From Acidimicrobiia bacterium (GTDB lineage: Bacteria > Actinomycetota > Acidimicrobiia > Spongiisociales > ZC4RG35), in contig OZ244213.1 of the NCBI GenBank assembly GCA_965216905.1, positions 1,210,735 to 1,274,734 of the forward strand: a DNA stretch of 64,000 bases. The letters run 5' to 3'. This document shows positions 20,704 to 30,889 of the stretch, piece by piece. Every line of letters begins with the position of its first letter. Position 1 is the first letter of the stretch. The notes under the pieces were generated by a model that was not told where the DNA came from, did no database searches, and worked only from the letters and a program-made list of their open reading frames with translations. The position numbers and the translations under genes were made by a program.

Positions 20704-21993
20704 TCACCGAGCCAGGCGAAGCCGCCACATGGCGACGGCGGCGATCACTCCGGTGGCGATCGCGGCCGGTACGAACGGAGGCTCGGACCGGCGCTCCGCA
20801 AACGGGACCGCAGTGGGGTCTTGCTCGAAGGCCTCTGATGGATCCCCGTTGGCGTTGATGTCGGACACGTCACCGCCGTCGGTCAGATCGGTGGTCTCCG
20901 CTCCGTCGAGCGCCGAACGAGCGGTCACCATGAACTGCACCTCCACCCCTTCGGTCGCCGGCCGGTCGGCCGGGAGTTCGATCGCCATCTCGATCGCCCG
21001 GCTCGTGCCCACGTCGATGGCTTCGTCGGCCGGGAGGCCACCGGTGACCGTGCCGTCGGCCGCCACCCGCATGTCCTCGGAAGGGGAGAAGTCCAGCCGG
21101 AACTGGCCGGCATCCGGTACGGAATCGACGGGAACCCCGAGTTGGCCCAACGAACCCGCGAACGTGACCGCTTCGAGGGGAACGCCGCCGAGGTTCTCGA
21201 TCACGAGCCGAAGCCTCAAGTGCGAGTCCGGCGACGCTTCGTCTGCGAAATGGATCGCCAGCGCGCCCCCGACCTGCGGGCCGCAGATCGAGATGTCTCC
21301 GATGCCGCTCAGCCGGCCGTTCGGCCCGCCGCCATCGACATGGGAGACGACCAGCCGCGTGACCGGTCCGGCGACCGCCAGCTCGACGTTGGAGAGGTCT
21401 GCGTCGTTGTCGCTCGTCGCCACGCCCTGAAAGGTGCCATCGGCGTCGGCCGATGCTCTGGCGGCGACGCCGACCTGAGCCGTGACCGATTCGGTGATGT
21501 CGTCGACCCCGTCGAAGGCTCGCACCCGAACGACGTCTCGGAAGGCCTCGGAGGCGGCGTCGACATCGAGGAGTTCGAACTCGAGTCCCCGCACGGGATG
21601 GTCGAACGTCAACTCGAGACCGGTGCTCTTGCCTTCGTCCGCTCCCGGATGGAAGAACGCTACATATCCGGCGTCTCCGCTGAGCGTCTCGTCCGTCACC
21701 CAGATTCGGCTGTTCCCCTGGGCCCCGACCTTCGGCTCGACCGTGACGCCGCCGATGGCGAATGGCTCGACCGCCCGATCGGCGGACTGCGCGGCCCAGT
21801 CGTAGGAGACGGGGTTTCCACATTGGAACTCGGCCGGTGCAGCCGACCCCACGACCGGCATCCATACGACAACTCCACCCAGGGCCATCGCGGCAAGGAC
21901 CCGGACGGCTCGACCGGCATGAAACGGCGCGATGAGATTCACACCGTTTCTATCGGCCGCAAGCAGTCGAAGTGAAGGGGGCGGCCGGCTCAT
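20704..21993 (-). CDS. Secreted, cell-surface-anchored Asp-rich protein with a C-terminal TM helix plus basic tail.
   Basis: Signal-peptide-like N-terminus (RAVRVLAAMALGGVVVWMPVVGSAAPA), about 400 aa of acidic beta-rich sequence, then the C-terminus PFVPAAIATGVIAAVAMWRLRLAR. Composition is protein-like, unlike the overlapping plus-strand ORFs. The start (ATG at 21993) is uncertain. Confidence 0.55.
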   Translation of the reverse strand: MSRPPPSLRLLAADRNGVNLIAPFHAGRAVRVLAAMALGGVVVWMPVVGSAAPAEFQCGNPVSYDWAAQSADRAVEPFAIGGVTVEPKVGAQGNSRIWVTDETLSGDAGYVAFFHPGADEGKSTGLELTFDHPVRGLEFELLDVDAASEAFRDVVRVRAFDGVDDITESVTAQVGVAARASADADGTFQGVATSDNDADLSNVELAVAGPVTRLVVSHVDGGGPNGRLSGIGDISICGPQVGGALAIHFADEASPDSHLRLRLVIENLGGVPLEAVTFAGSLGQLGVPVDSVPDAGQFRLDFSPSEDMRVAADGTVTGGLPADEAIDVGTSRAIEMAIELPADRPATEGVEVQFMVTARSALDGAETTDLTDGGDVSDINANGDPSEAFEQDPTAVPFAERRSEPPFVPAAIATGVIAAVAMWRLRLAR

Positions 21994-22026
21994 CCCCGCC
22001 GCCGTGGGGCGGTACAGTCGACGGCC

Positions 22027-22821
22027 ATGGACGGCCTCCCATCTCTCGACGCACTCCACCTCGAGGTGGACGAGAACGGGATCGCCACGATGACCCTCGA
22101 CAATCCTCCGGTGAACACCGTCGGAATCACCGGACATCGCGAACTGACCTATGTCTGGCCGGCGCTCGACCAACTGCCCGAGGTCCGGTGCGTGCTCATC
22201 CGGGCCAATGGCCGTGCCTTCTCGGCAGGCGGTGACTTCGAGCTGCTCGAACACATCCGCCGCGATCCTCGGAACGCCGCCGCGGTGATGACCGAAGCCG
22301 GCGATCTGGTCCGGAACATGATCGACTTCTCCAAACCGGTCGTTTCGGCGATCAACGGCGTGGCGGTCGGCGCCGGACTGGCCGCTGCGCTCCTCGCCGA
22401 CGTGCCGGTGGCGGGCCGCTCCGCCCGCCTGCTCGACGGACACGTCAGTCTCGGTGTGGCCGCCGGGGATCATGCCGTGGTGCTGTGGCCGTTGCTGATC
22501 GGCATGGCCAAGGCCAAGTACCACCTGCTGACCAACGAACCGATCGACGGCGTGGAGGCCGAGCGGCTGGGGCTGGTGTCGCTGGTCGTCGACGATGACG
22601 ACCTTCAAGCCACGGCTCGAAGAGTTGCCGAACGGCTGGCGGCCGGGAGTCGCTCGGCGATCTCTTGGACCAAGAAGACCCTCAACCACTGGCTGCGAGC
22701 CGCCTACCCCGCGTTCGACGCCTCTCTCGCCCATGAGTTCCTCGGGTTTCTCTCGCCGGACGTCGAAGAGGGGATCGCCGCCGTCCGCGAGAAGCGGGCT
22801 CCCCGATTCGAGGAGGGCTGA
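22027..22821 (+). CDS. Enoyl-CoA hydratase/isomerase (crotonase) family protein.
   Basis: 264 aa. The crotonase fold motif AINGVAVGAGLAAALLADV and an oxyanion-hole region. Confidence 0.85.
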   Translation: MDGLPSLDALHLEVDENGIATMTLDNPPVNTVGITGHRELTYVWPALDQLPEVRCVLIRANGRAFSAGGDFELLEHIRRDPRNAAAVMTEAGDLVRNMIDFSKPVVSAINGVAVGAGLAAALLADVPVAGRSARLLDGHVSLGVAAGDHAVVLWPLLIGMAKAKYHLLTNEPIDGVEAERLGLVSLVVDDDDLQATARRVAERLAAGSRSAISWTKKTLNHWLRAAYPAFDASLAHEFLGFLSPDVEEGIAAVREKRAPRFEEG

Positions 22822-22862
22822 CCGTTCCGAAGCCGGTCGACGGTCGACCTAGACTCGACCCG

Positions 22863-24278
22863 GTGACCGAGGGGAAACCGGGCGAGGCATGTGGAGTGTT
22901 CGGGATCTATGCGCCCGGACGCCACGTGGCGACGAACATCTTCTACGGCCTCTTCGCCCTCCAGCATCGCGGGCAGGAGTCGGCGGGGATCGCCACGTCC
23001 GACGGACAAACGCTGACCGTGTTCAAGGACCTCGGCCTCGTCTCTCATGTGTTCGGCGAAGCGGATCTCGCCAGCCTGGAGGGACACGTCGGGGTCGGAC
23101 ACACCCGCTACTCGACGACCGGCTCGTCCGGCCGGTGGGAAAACTCCCAACCGGTGCACCGCCAGATCGGCAACACGTCGATCGCGCTCAGCCACAACGG
23201 GAATCTCACCAACACCCGCCGGCTGGCCGAAGATCTCGGCGTGCGGGGGGCCAGCACCGACTCCGACCTGATGCTCGAGATGATCGCCCGGCAGGTCGAC
23301 GACGAGCGATCCGACGGGAGGGGCCTCGAGCATGCGCTCGCCGCCTCCCTCCCTTCCTTCGAAGGAGCCTTCTCGCTGGCGGTCATGGACCAGGGACGTC
23401 TGATCGGAGTCCGCGATCCGCACGGCTTCCGCCCGCTGTGCCTGGGTCGGATCGACGACACCGCTTGGGTCCTCAGCTCCGAGACCTCGGCGCTCGATTT
23501 GCTGGGCGCCCGGTTCATTCGAGAGGTCGAACCGGGCGAGATGGTGATCATCGATGCCAACGGAGTCCGCAGCCGCCACCCCTTTGCGCGCACCGACCCG
23601 CGGCTCTGCGTGTTCGAGTTCGTGTACTTCGCCCGCCCCGACAGCCACCTCTACGGACGGAACGTGTTCGCCGCTCGTCAGGAGATGGGACGGAAGCTGG
23701 CGGGCGAGCATCCCATCTCGGCCGACGTCGTGGTGCCGGTACCCGAGTCGGGGATCCCGGCCGCCCAGGGCTTCAGCGAACGCTCGCTCATCCCGTATGC
23801 AGACGGTCTCGTCAAGAACCGCTACATCGGACGCACCTTCATCGAACCGACCCAGCTCCTGCGCGATCGAGGGATCCGCCTCAAGCTCAATCCGATCGAA
23901 TCGACGTTCTCGGGAAGACGGGTGGTGCTCGTCGACGACTCGATCGTCCGAGGTTCCACGACCCGCCAGCTCGTACAGATGGTTCGCGACGCCGGGGCCA
24001 GGGAGATCCACCTTCGGGTGTCGTCCCCCCCATACCGCTGGCCGTGCTTCTACGGCATGGACACATCGGATCAGAATCGGCTGCTGGCCGCCCGGATGAG
24101 CGTCGACGAGATTCGGGCGTACCTCGGCGTCGAGACGCTCGGCTATCTCTCGTTGCCCGCGCTGATGGAGGCGAGCGCCGGTTCGACCGCGGGGTTCTGC
24201 ACGGCGTGCCTGTCCGGGGACTATCCCACCGACGTGACCCAGGCGGAGGGCAAGTTCGTCCTGGAACCCGCCACGTGA
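22863..24278 (+). CDS. purF: Amidophosphoribosyltransferase.
   Basis: A propeptide followed by CGVFGIY (the N-terminal nucleophile Cys), then a PRTase motif (VVLVDDSIVRGST) and the C-terminal Cys cluster typical of the 4Fe-4S type. Confidence 0.93.
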   Translation: MTEGKPGEACGVFGIYAPGRHVATNIFYGLFALQHRGQESAGIATSDGQTLTVFKDLGLVSHVFGEADLASLEGHVGVGHTRYSTTGSSGRWENSQPVHRQIGNTSIALSHNGNLTNTRRLAEDLGVRGASTDSDLMLEMIARQVDDERSDGRGLEHALAASLPSFEGAFSLAVMDQGRLIGVRDPHGFRPLCLGRIDDTAWVLSSETSALDLLGARFIREVEPGEMVIIDANGVRSRHPFARTDPRLCVFEFVYFARPDSHLYGRNVFAARQEMGRKLAGEHPISADVVVPVPESGIPAAQGFSERSLIPYADGLVKNRYIGRTFIEPTQLLRDRGIRLKLNPIESTFSGRRVVLVDDSIVRGSTTRQLVQMVRDAGAREIHLRVSSPPYRWPCFYGMDTSDQNRLLAARMSVDEIRAYLGVETLGYLSLPALMEASAGSTAGFCTACLSGDYPTDVTQAEGKFVLEPAT

Positions 24279-25276
24279 CGTCGTACGCCGACGCCGGCGT
24301 CGACCTGGCCGGCGCTGCCCGACACGTCGGTCGGATCGCAGCCAGCGTCACCGACACGTGGGGGCCATCAGTGGTGGGAGGGTTCGGCGGATTCGCAGCC
24401 GGTGTCGAACTGCCGGCCGGGTATCGCCGTCCGGTTCTGATGATGTCGACGGACGGGGTCGGGACCAAGATCGAGTTGGCCCGCGCCACCGGCAACTGGG
24501 AAGGCATTGGACAGGATCTCGTCGCCATGTGCGTCGACGATCTCGCCGCATCGGGTGCGCGGCCGATCGGATTCGTCGACTACATGGCGGTGGGACGTCT
24601 CGACGAGGTACGGGACGCGGCCATCGTGGCCTCCATCGCCTCGGCCTGTGCAGAGATCGGCGTGCCGCTGCTCGGAGGCGAGACCGCCGAGCACCCCGGC
24701 GTGATGGAGGCCGGCCAGGTCGACTTGGCAGGTGCGGCCGTCGGGATCGTCGAGCGAGGCGCCGAGATCACCGGCGCGGCGATATCGCCGGGCGACGTCG
24801 TGATCGGCCTCTCCAGCCCGAATCTCCGAAGCAACGGCTTCTCGCTCGTACGCAAGGTGTTCGAAGGCGCCGACCTCGACGACATGGTCGGCGACCGCAC
24901 CTTGGGAGCGACCTTGCTCGAACCGTCGGTGCTCTATGCGCCGGCGGTGCTGGCGGCGATCGAAGACGGCGACGTCCACGGCTGCGCCCACATCACCGGT
25001 GGGGGGATCGTCGAGAACCTGGCACGGATCCTTCCCGAGGACTGCGACGCCGTGATCGAATCCACCTCATGGACACCTCCCCCGGTGTTCGCACTCGTCG
25101 CCGAGCAGGGTGCGATCGATCGCAGTTCCATGTTCGGCACCTTCAACATGGGATTGGGCTTCTGCATCGTGGCCAACCCGGCATCCGTGGAACGGCTCCT
25201 CGAAATCGTCGCACGGCACCGGCCGTTCGTCGCCGGGCACATCCGTGCGGGCGAAGGCGATGTCGTCTTGACCTGA
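24275..25276 (+). CDS. purM: Phosphoribosylformylglycinamidine cyclo-ligase (AIR synthase).
   Basis: The N-terminus VTSYADAGVD with GGFGGF...MSTDGVGTK. The GTG overlaps the purF stop. Confidence 0.93.
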   Translation: MTSYADAGVDLAGAARHVGRIAASVTDTWGPSVVGGFGGFAAGVELPAGYRRPVLMMSTDGVGTKIELARATGNWEGIGQDLVAMCVDDLAASGARPIGFVDYMAVGRLDEVRDAAIVASIASACAEIGVPLLGGETAEHPGVMEAGQVDLAGAAVGIVERGAEITGAAISPGDVVIGLSSPNLRSNGFSLVRKVFEGADLDDMVGDRTLGATLLEPSVLYAPAVLAAIEDGDVHGCAHITGGGIVENLARILPEDCDAVIESTSWTPPPVFALVAEQGAIDRSSMFGTFNMGLGFCIVANPASVERLLEIVARHRPFVAGHIRAGEGDVVLT

Positions 25277-25423
25277 GTCGCTTCAGACGGCAAGCCGTGC
25301 CGTCCGATACGATGCAGGTGATGTTCGTCTTGTCGCCGCGGATGGATCGGAGCCACCTGTTCGCCGCTCCCTAGATCGGGGTCGATCGCCGTCTGTCCGT
25401 CCCCGACCAAGGAGAACCACACC

Positions 25424-26698
25424 ATGTCCGACCTCGTTCAGCGCCATCGCGACGTCATCGCGCCCGTCATCGCCTTCGATACCGATCTCGTCATCGAACG
25501 AGCCGAGGGGATCTGGATCCACGACGCCAACGGGAACCGGTGGGCCGACTTCGCCTGTGGAACGGCGGTCACCAACCTCGGACACAATCACCCTTCGGTC
25601 GTGTCCGCGGCGCACGCCCAACTCGATCGCCTGATCCACTCGGGCTGCATCTTCCGCTATGACACGATCGTCGAGGAGGCCGAGCGTCTCCGGGCGATCG
25701 CCCCGGCCGGAATCGACATGTTCGGCTTCGCCAACTCCGGCGCCGAAGCGGTGGAGGCTGCCGTCAAGCTGGCGAAGAAGCACACCGGTCGCCAAGGCGT
25801 CATCGTGTTCCGGGGTGCCTTCCACGGACGAACGATGGGATCGGTCTCGTACACCACCTCCAACGCCAAGTACCGGGACGGGTATCACCCGGTCCTGGGA
25901 TCGGTGTTCGTCGCACCCTTCCCCCACCCGTATCGATGGGGCGTAGACGAGGCGACCGCCACGGAGCGGTCACTCGACGAACTCCGGCTGATGCTCAAGC
26001 ACGAGGTCAGTCCGGCCAACATCGCCGCGTTCCTGGTCGAGCCGGTGCAGGGTGAAGGCGGGTACTACCCCGCCCCGGAGCCGTTCCTCGAAGCCCTCCG
26101 CCACATCGCCGACGAACACGGCATCCTGCTGGTCTTCGACGAGGTGCAGACCGGTTTCGGCCGGACCGCCGAGTGGTTCGCGTCCGACCACTACTCCGTC
26201 GACCCGGACATCGTCGCCCTCGGCAAGGGCATCGCCAACGGACTACCGCTGTCCGCCTACGGCGCACCGTCGGAGATCCTCGGCGACTGGGCGGTCGGTT
26301 CGCACGGGACCACCTTCGGCGGCAACCCGGTGGCATGTGCCGCGGCGGTGGCGGTGATCGACACGATGGGTGACCTGCTGCCCCATGCCCGGGAGCTGTC
26401 GGCCCACGCCTTCGAGCGTTTCGCCAAGCTGGCGACCGACCACCCGACCATCGGCGACGTGCGGGGTCTGGGCCTGATGATCGGCATCGAGTTGGTCGTG
26501 GACGGTGATCGCACGCCGAACAAGGAGGCGTTCGCATCGATCCAGCGCTACTGCATGGAGCGCGAGTTGGTGATCATCGAGTGTGGACCGGACGGCAATG
26601 TCATCCGATTCATCCCGCCGTTGGTCACCACGATGGAGCAGCTCGACTGGTCCATCGACCTGATCGATGCGGCACTGGCCGAATACGAATCACGTTGA
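25424..26698 (+). CDS. Class III PLP-dependent aminotransferase (GabT/ornithine aminotransferase-like).
   Basis: 424 aa. LVFDEVQTGFGRTAEWF and the AKGIANGLPL lysine region. Confidence 0.88.
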   Translation: MSDLVQRHRDVIAPVIAFDTDLVIERAEGIWIHDANGNRWADFACGTAVTNLGHNHPSVVSAAHAQLDRLIHSGCIFRYDTIVEEAERLRAIAPAGIDMFGFANSGAEAVEAAVKLAKKHTGRQGVIVFRGAFHGRTMGSVSYTTSNAKYRDGYHPVLGSVFVAPFPHPYRWGVDEATATERSLDELRLMLKHEVSPANIAAFLVEPVQGEGGYYPAPEPFLEALRHIADEHGILLVFDEVQTGFGRTAEWFASDHYSVDPDIVALGKGIANGLPLSAYGAPSEILGDWAVGSHGTTFGGNPVACAAAVAVIDTMGDLLPHARELSAHAFERFAKLATDHPTIGDVRGLGLMIGIELVVDGDRTPNKEAFASIQRYCMERELVIIECGPDGNVIRFIPPLVTTMEQLDWSIDLIDAALAEYESR

Positions 26699-26744
26699 CG
26701 GCCGGTCTCGGGAACCAACCGCCCGCCGCGGTCGTCGAAGCATC

Positions 26745-27626
26745 ATGACAACCACACGATCCATGCTGTCGATCGCGCTCGCCGTGACGCTCCTCCTGGG
26801 AGCATGCGGAGCGGAATCTTCCTCCTCCGATACCGTCGGAGTCGACACCACCGCCACCGAATCACCCGGGACCACCGGGGCCGGAGCCGAGCCGGCGAGC
26901 GGTGGCGGTGAGTCCGGCGTCCTGCTCGAGATCGGCAATCGAGGCGGTTTCGTGATGATCGACTTTGCGCTCCGCCAGTTCCCGACGTTCGTGCTGACCG
27001 CCGACGGCACGCTCTACAGCCAGGGACCGGTGGCCGAGATCTTCCCGGGTCCGGCAGTCCCCAACATCGTCCGCGGCACCGTCGGTGAGGATGTGATGGC
27101 CCGGGTCCTCCAATACATCGAGGACATGGCGCTCGCCGACGTCGAGGACGTCTTCATCGATGACGCCGCCTCGGTCATCGCCGACGCTCCGGAGACCTAC
27201 GTCACGTATTTCGACGGGAACGGCGCCCACACGATCTCGGTATATGCCCTCGGGCTGGATCAGCGGCCGATGGACGCTCGGGTGGGTCAGCTCACCGGGC
27301 TGATCGACACGCTGACGTCCGCAGCCGCCACGTCGACCGAGTCCTATGTACCCGAGCGATTCGAGCTGCATGCATTCGACGGCGGAGCCGGGGACCCCGA
27401 CCTGGCCAACACCATGCCGTGGCCGCTGGACGTGGCCTATGACGACATCGTGGTGGGCGAGACGGGGACCGGATGCGTTCTGGTCGAGGGTGCGGCGGCC
27501 GACGAGCTCTACCCGGTGATCGCCAAGGCCAACGAGCTGACCCGATTCGACGACGGCACCGCCGAGCGCGGGCTGGTCTTCAAACCCCTGTTCCCCCATC
27601 AGTCCTCCGACTGCCGCCCGCTCTGA
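26745..27626 (+). CDS. Putative lipoprotein.
   Basis: Signal peptide plus lipobox LLGACGAESSSS and an S/T/G-rich linker. About 293 aa, unknown function. Confidence 0.6.
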   Translation: MTTTRSMLSIALAVTLLLGACGAESSSSDTVGVDTTATESPGTTGAGAEPASGGGESGVLLEIGNRGGFVMIDFALRQFPTFVLTADGTLYSQGPVAEIFPGPAVPNIVRGTVGEDVMARVLQYIEDMALADVEDVFIDDAASVIADAPETYVTYFDGNGAHTISVYALGLDQRPMDARVGQLTGLIDTLTSAAATSTESYVPERFELHAFDGGAGDPDLANTMPWPLDVAYDDIVVGETGTGCVLVEGAAADELYPVIAKANELTRFDDGTAERGLVFKPLFPHQSSDCRPL

Positions 27627-27653
27627 GCGCGTTCCCCCGCCAGGCGCTTCTCG

Positions 27654-27688
27654 CGACCCAAACGGTACGGTTCCCGTACCGTTTGGGT
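27654..27688. terminator. Perfect 15-bp stem hairpin between two convergent genes.
   Basis: GACCCAAACGGTACGG-TTCC-CGTACCGTTTGGGTC lies between the lipoprotein gene (+) and acs (-). There is no clean U-tract on the plus strand. A T-run (tttttat, 27690-27696) flanks the 3' side of the plus-strand hairpin. On the acs transcript this tract precedes rather than follows the hairpin. Confidence 0.5.
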
Positions 27689-27710
27689 CATAAAAAGGCT
27701 GCGGGCGGGG

Positions 27711-29657
27711 TCAGTCGGTCGGAGACTGGGCCTTGGCAGCGATCTCGTTGACGATGGACTCGTTGGCGAGGGTGGTGACGTCGCCGAGTTGACGGTTCTC
27801 TGAGATGTCCTGCAGGAGCCGGCGCATGATCTTCCCCGATCGGGTCTTGGGAAGGTCGGGGGTGAACACGATCGACTTCGGCTTGGCGATGGGACCGAGG
27901 GTGGTGGCCACGTGATTGCGGAGGTCGCCCATCAACTGCTCGTCGCCCTCCTCGGAACCCCGCAGCGTGACGAACGCGGCGATCGCCTGACCGGTGAGTT
28001 CGTCCTTCCGACCCACCACCGCCGCCTCCGCCACCCGCGGGTGAGACACGAGCGCCGACTCGACCTCGGTGGTCGAGATGTTGTGCCCGGACACCAGCAT
28101 GATGTCGTCGACCCGGCCCAGCAGCCAGAAGTAGGCGTCGTCGTCTCGTTTGGCGCCGTCCCCAGGGAAGTACCGCCCCGGGAACTTGCTCCAATAGGTC
28201 TCGACAAACCGTTCGTCATCGCCCCAGATCGTCCGAGCCATCGACGGCCACGGGCGATCGATCACCAGGAATCCACCACCGGGAATCCCCACGTCGGTCC
28301 CAGACTCGTCCACCACGCTCGCCTTGATGCCGGGAAATGGTCGGGTCGCCGACCCCGGCTTGGTGGCGGTGACCCCGGGGAGCGGGGTCAGCATGATCCC
28401 ACCGGTCTCCGTCTGCCACCACGTGTCGACGATCGGGCAGCGCTCGCCACCGATGTTGACGTGGTACCAGATCCATGCCTCGGGATTGATGGGTTCGCCC
28501 ACCGTCCCCAGCAGTCGCAGGGAACTCAGGTCGTGGCGGGCCGGATACTCGTCGCCCCACTTCATGAAGGCCCGGATGGCCGTCGGGGCGGTGTAGAGGA
28601 TCGTGACGCGGTAGTCCTCGACGATCTGCCACAACCGGTCGAAGTCGGGATGGTTGGGAGCGCCTTCGTACATCACGGAGGTGGTGCGATTGGCCAGCGG
28701 CCCGTAGACGATGTAGCTGTGCCCGGTGACCCATCCGACGTCGGCCGCGCACCAGTAGACGTCGTCGTCCGGCTTGACGTCGAACACGTACGAATGTGTT
28801 GTCGTGATACCGGTGAGATAGCCGCCCTGCGTGTGGACGATGCCCTTCGGCTTCCCGGTCGTTCCCGACGTATAGAGGATGTAGAGCGGGTCCTCGGCAT
28901 TCAGGTGCACCGGCTCGCACGCGGTGTCCCGTCCATCGACGAGATCGTGCCACCACACGTCACGGCCCTCGGACATCGTGACGTCGTTCTCGGTCCTCCG
29001 GACGACGACCACCGTCTCGACATCGGGGGTCCGGGCGAGGGCGACGTCGGCGTTCGCCTTGAGCGGAACGACGTTGCCCGCCCGCCACGAACCGTCCTGA
29101 GTGATGACGACTTTGGCGTCGGCATCGAGGATGCGGCTGGCCAGCGCATCCGAGGAGAATCCTCCGAACACGACCGAATGCACGAGTCCGAGCCGGGCAC
29201 ACGCCAGCATGGCGATCGGCAGTTCGGGGATCATCCCCATGTAGATGGCGACGCGGTCTCCCCGCTCCAACCCCAGCGACCTCAGTCCGTTGGCGAACCG
29301 GCCGACCTCGTCGGCGAGCTGACGATACGTGATGTCGCGTGTGTCGCCCGGCTCGCCGATCCAGTGGTAGGCGACCTGATCGCCGTGGTCGTCCAGATGC
29401 CGGTCGAGGCAGTTGTACGAGACGTTGAGCACGCCGTCCTCGAACCACTTGTAGAAAGGCGGGTTGGAATCGTCGAGGCCCTCGGTCGGCTCCTCGTACC
29501 ACGTGATCCGCTGGAGCGCCTGCTGCTTCCAGAAGGCTTCGTAGTCGGCCTCGGCCTCCTCATGGATACCCGGCCGCGCGTTCGCCTGTGCGGCGAAGTC
29601 CGACGGGGGAGGAAAACTGCGATCTTCTCGCAGTAGGTTCTCGAGTGTCTCGCTCAC
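27711..29657 (-). CDS. acs: Acetyl-coenzyme A synthetase (AMP-forming).
   Basis: 648 aa. [27 protein letters not shown] and the conserved C-terminal lysine region [14 protein letters not shown] start preceded by GGAGAGGAG. Confidence 0.92.
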   Translation of the reverse strand: MSETLENLLREDRSFPPPSDFAAQANARPGIHEEAEADYEAFWKQQALQRITWYEEPTEGLDDSNPPFYKWFEDGVLNVSYNCLDRHLDDHGDQVAYHWIGEPGDTRDITYRQLADEVGRFANGLRSLGLERGDRVAIYMGMIPELPIAMLACARLGLVHSVVFGGFSSDALASRILDADAKVVITQDGSWRAGNVVPLKANADVALARTPDVETVVVVRRTENDVTMSEGRDVWWHDLVDGRDTACEPVHLNAEDPLYILYTSGTTGKPKGIVHTQGGYLTGITTTHSYVFDVKPDDDVYWCAADVGWVTGHSYIVYGPLANRTTSVMYEGAPNHPDFDRLWQIVEDYRVTILYTAPTAIRAFMKWGDEYPARHDLSSLRLLGTVGEPINPEAWIWYHVNIGGERCPIVDTWWQTETGGIMLTPLPGVTATKPGSATRPFPGIKASVVDESGTDVGIPGGGFLVIDRPWPSMARTIWGDDERFVETYWSKFPGRYFPGDGAKRDDDAYFWLLGRVDDIMLVSGHNISTTEVESALVSHPRVAEAAVVGRKDELTGQAIAAFVTLRGSEEGDEQLMGDLRNHVATTLGPIAKPKSIVFTPDLPKTRSGKIMRRLLQDISENRQLGDVTTLANESIVNEIAAKAQSPTD

Positions 29658-29786
29658 GGCGGGTCTCCTCTCCGCCCGCCGGACCGGCGGGCACCGGCTT
29701 TCGTTATCGACGACCAACCTTACGTCCCGTGCCGAAATCGAGCCATGTGACGGCCACTCGCCGGAGGGCGCAGTAGGTTCTCCCAG

Positions 29787-30221
29787 GTGCGGCCCGTCGT
29801 CTACACCCGGAAGGTTCGATACTCGGACACCGACGCCCAGGGCATCGTGTTCAATGCCAACTACCTCCGCTATCTGGACGACGCCCAGACCGACATGTTC
29901 GAGGCGATGGGTCTGGGCGGGCTGATATTCCGTGATCGCGGCTTCGAATGGGTCGTCGCCCGAACCGAGATCGACTACCGCTCGACCGCCACCCTCGGCG
30001 AAGTCCTGCGGACCGAGGTGCACGTATCCGACCGTGGCAATACCTCGTTCACCGTACGGGGGAGGATCGTCGTGGAGACCGAGGATCGAGTCGTGGCCGA
30101 ATCCCGGCAGGTTCAGGTCGTCGTCGATGCGGTCTCGTTTCAACCGACACCGATTCCGGACTTCTTCATCGATGCGATCACCGCGGTCCAGGGTGAGCCG
30201 CCCTCGGACGGCCGTCGATGA
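29787..30221 (+). CDS. Acyl-CoA thioesterase (hotdog fold, YbgC/4HBT-like).
   Basis: 144 aa. [21 protein letters not shown] is the catalytic Asp region of YbgC-like thioesterases. Confidence 0.75.
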   Translation: MRPVVYTRKVRYSDTDAQGIVFNANYLRYLDDAQTDMFEAMGLGGLIFRDRGFEWVVARTEIDYRSTATLGEVLRTEVHVSDRGNTSFTVRGRIVVETEDRVVAESRQVQVVVDAVSFQPTPIPDFFIDAITAVQGEPPSDGRR

Positions 30222-30889
30222 AACCGGTGTTGATCTTCGACGTCAACGAGACGCTCCTCGACCTCGCGCCGATGCGGGCCGTCTTCACCGACCTGTTCGG
30301 CTCGCCCGAGCCGCTCGGCGAGTGGTTCGCCCGGCTGCTCCACGGCTCGCTCGTGGCCAACCACCTCGACGACTACCGGACGTTCGGTTCCATCGGTGTC
30401 CGGGCGCTCCTGGGGCTGGCCGCTCGCCGCGGGGTGGAACTCGACGAGGCGCAGGCGCGGGATGCGGCGGCGACCATCCGGGATCTCCCGCCACACCCGG
30501 AAGTGCCCGGTGCACTCGGTCGCCTCCACACGGCCGGATTCCGACTGGCGACGCTGACGAACGGCGATCCCGAGGCGGTCGGCACCCAGCTCGCCAACGC
30601 ATCCCTCGACCAGCTGATCGAGGCTGCGCTGAGCGTCGAAGCGAGCCGGCGCTTCAAACCGGACCCGGCGCCATACGTCTGGGCCTGCCGTCATCTGGAC
30701 GTGCGCCCGGCGAATGCGATGCTGGTGGCCGCCCACGACTGGGACATCGCCGGAGCGCACCGAGTGGGCATGAAGACCGCCTTCGTGATGCGGCCGGGGG
30801 TGCGATGGAACCTCCCCGGGGAGCCTCCCGGACTCGTCGTCGAGGACCTCCTCGACCTGACCCGACTACTGACGGAGGACGACACGTGA
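30218..30889 (+). CDS. HAD-superfamily hydrolase (haloacid dehalogenase type II-like).
   Basis: The N-terminal DVNETLLD (DxD/DxxT motif I), motif II LTNG and a C-terminal hhhhD motif. Overlaps the upstream stop. Confidence 0.8.
   Translation: MKPVLIFDVNETLLDLAPMRAVFTDLFGSPEPLGEWFARLLHGSLVANHLDDYRTFGSIGVRALLGLAARRGVELDEAQARDAAATIRDLPPHPEVPGALGRLHTAGFRLATLTNGDPEAVGTQLANASLDQLIEAALSVEASRRFKPDPAPYVWACRHLDVRPANAMLVAAHDWDIAGAHRVGMKTAFVMRPGVRWNLPGEPPGLVVEDLLDLTRLLTEDDT

Noticed and set aside
20675-21865. Plus-strand (251 aa) and alternative minus-strand (331 aa) ORFs overlapping the surface-protein gene.
   Set aside because: Both are S/T/P- or R-rich low-complexity translations. The chosen minus-strand frame alone has balanced composition, a signal peptide and a C-terminal anchor.
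22889-24274. N-terminal 460 aa of a 795-aa plus-strand ORF overlapping purF in another frame.
   Set aside because: Arg-rich junk. Only the C-terminal part from the GTG at 24275 is real (purM). purF occupies the correct frame.
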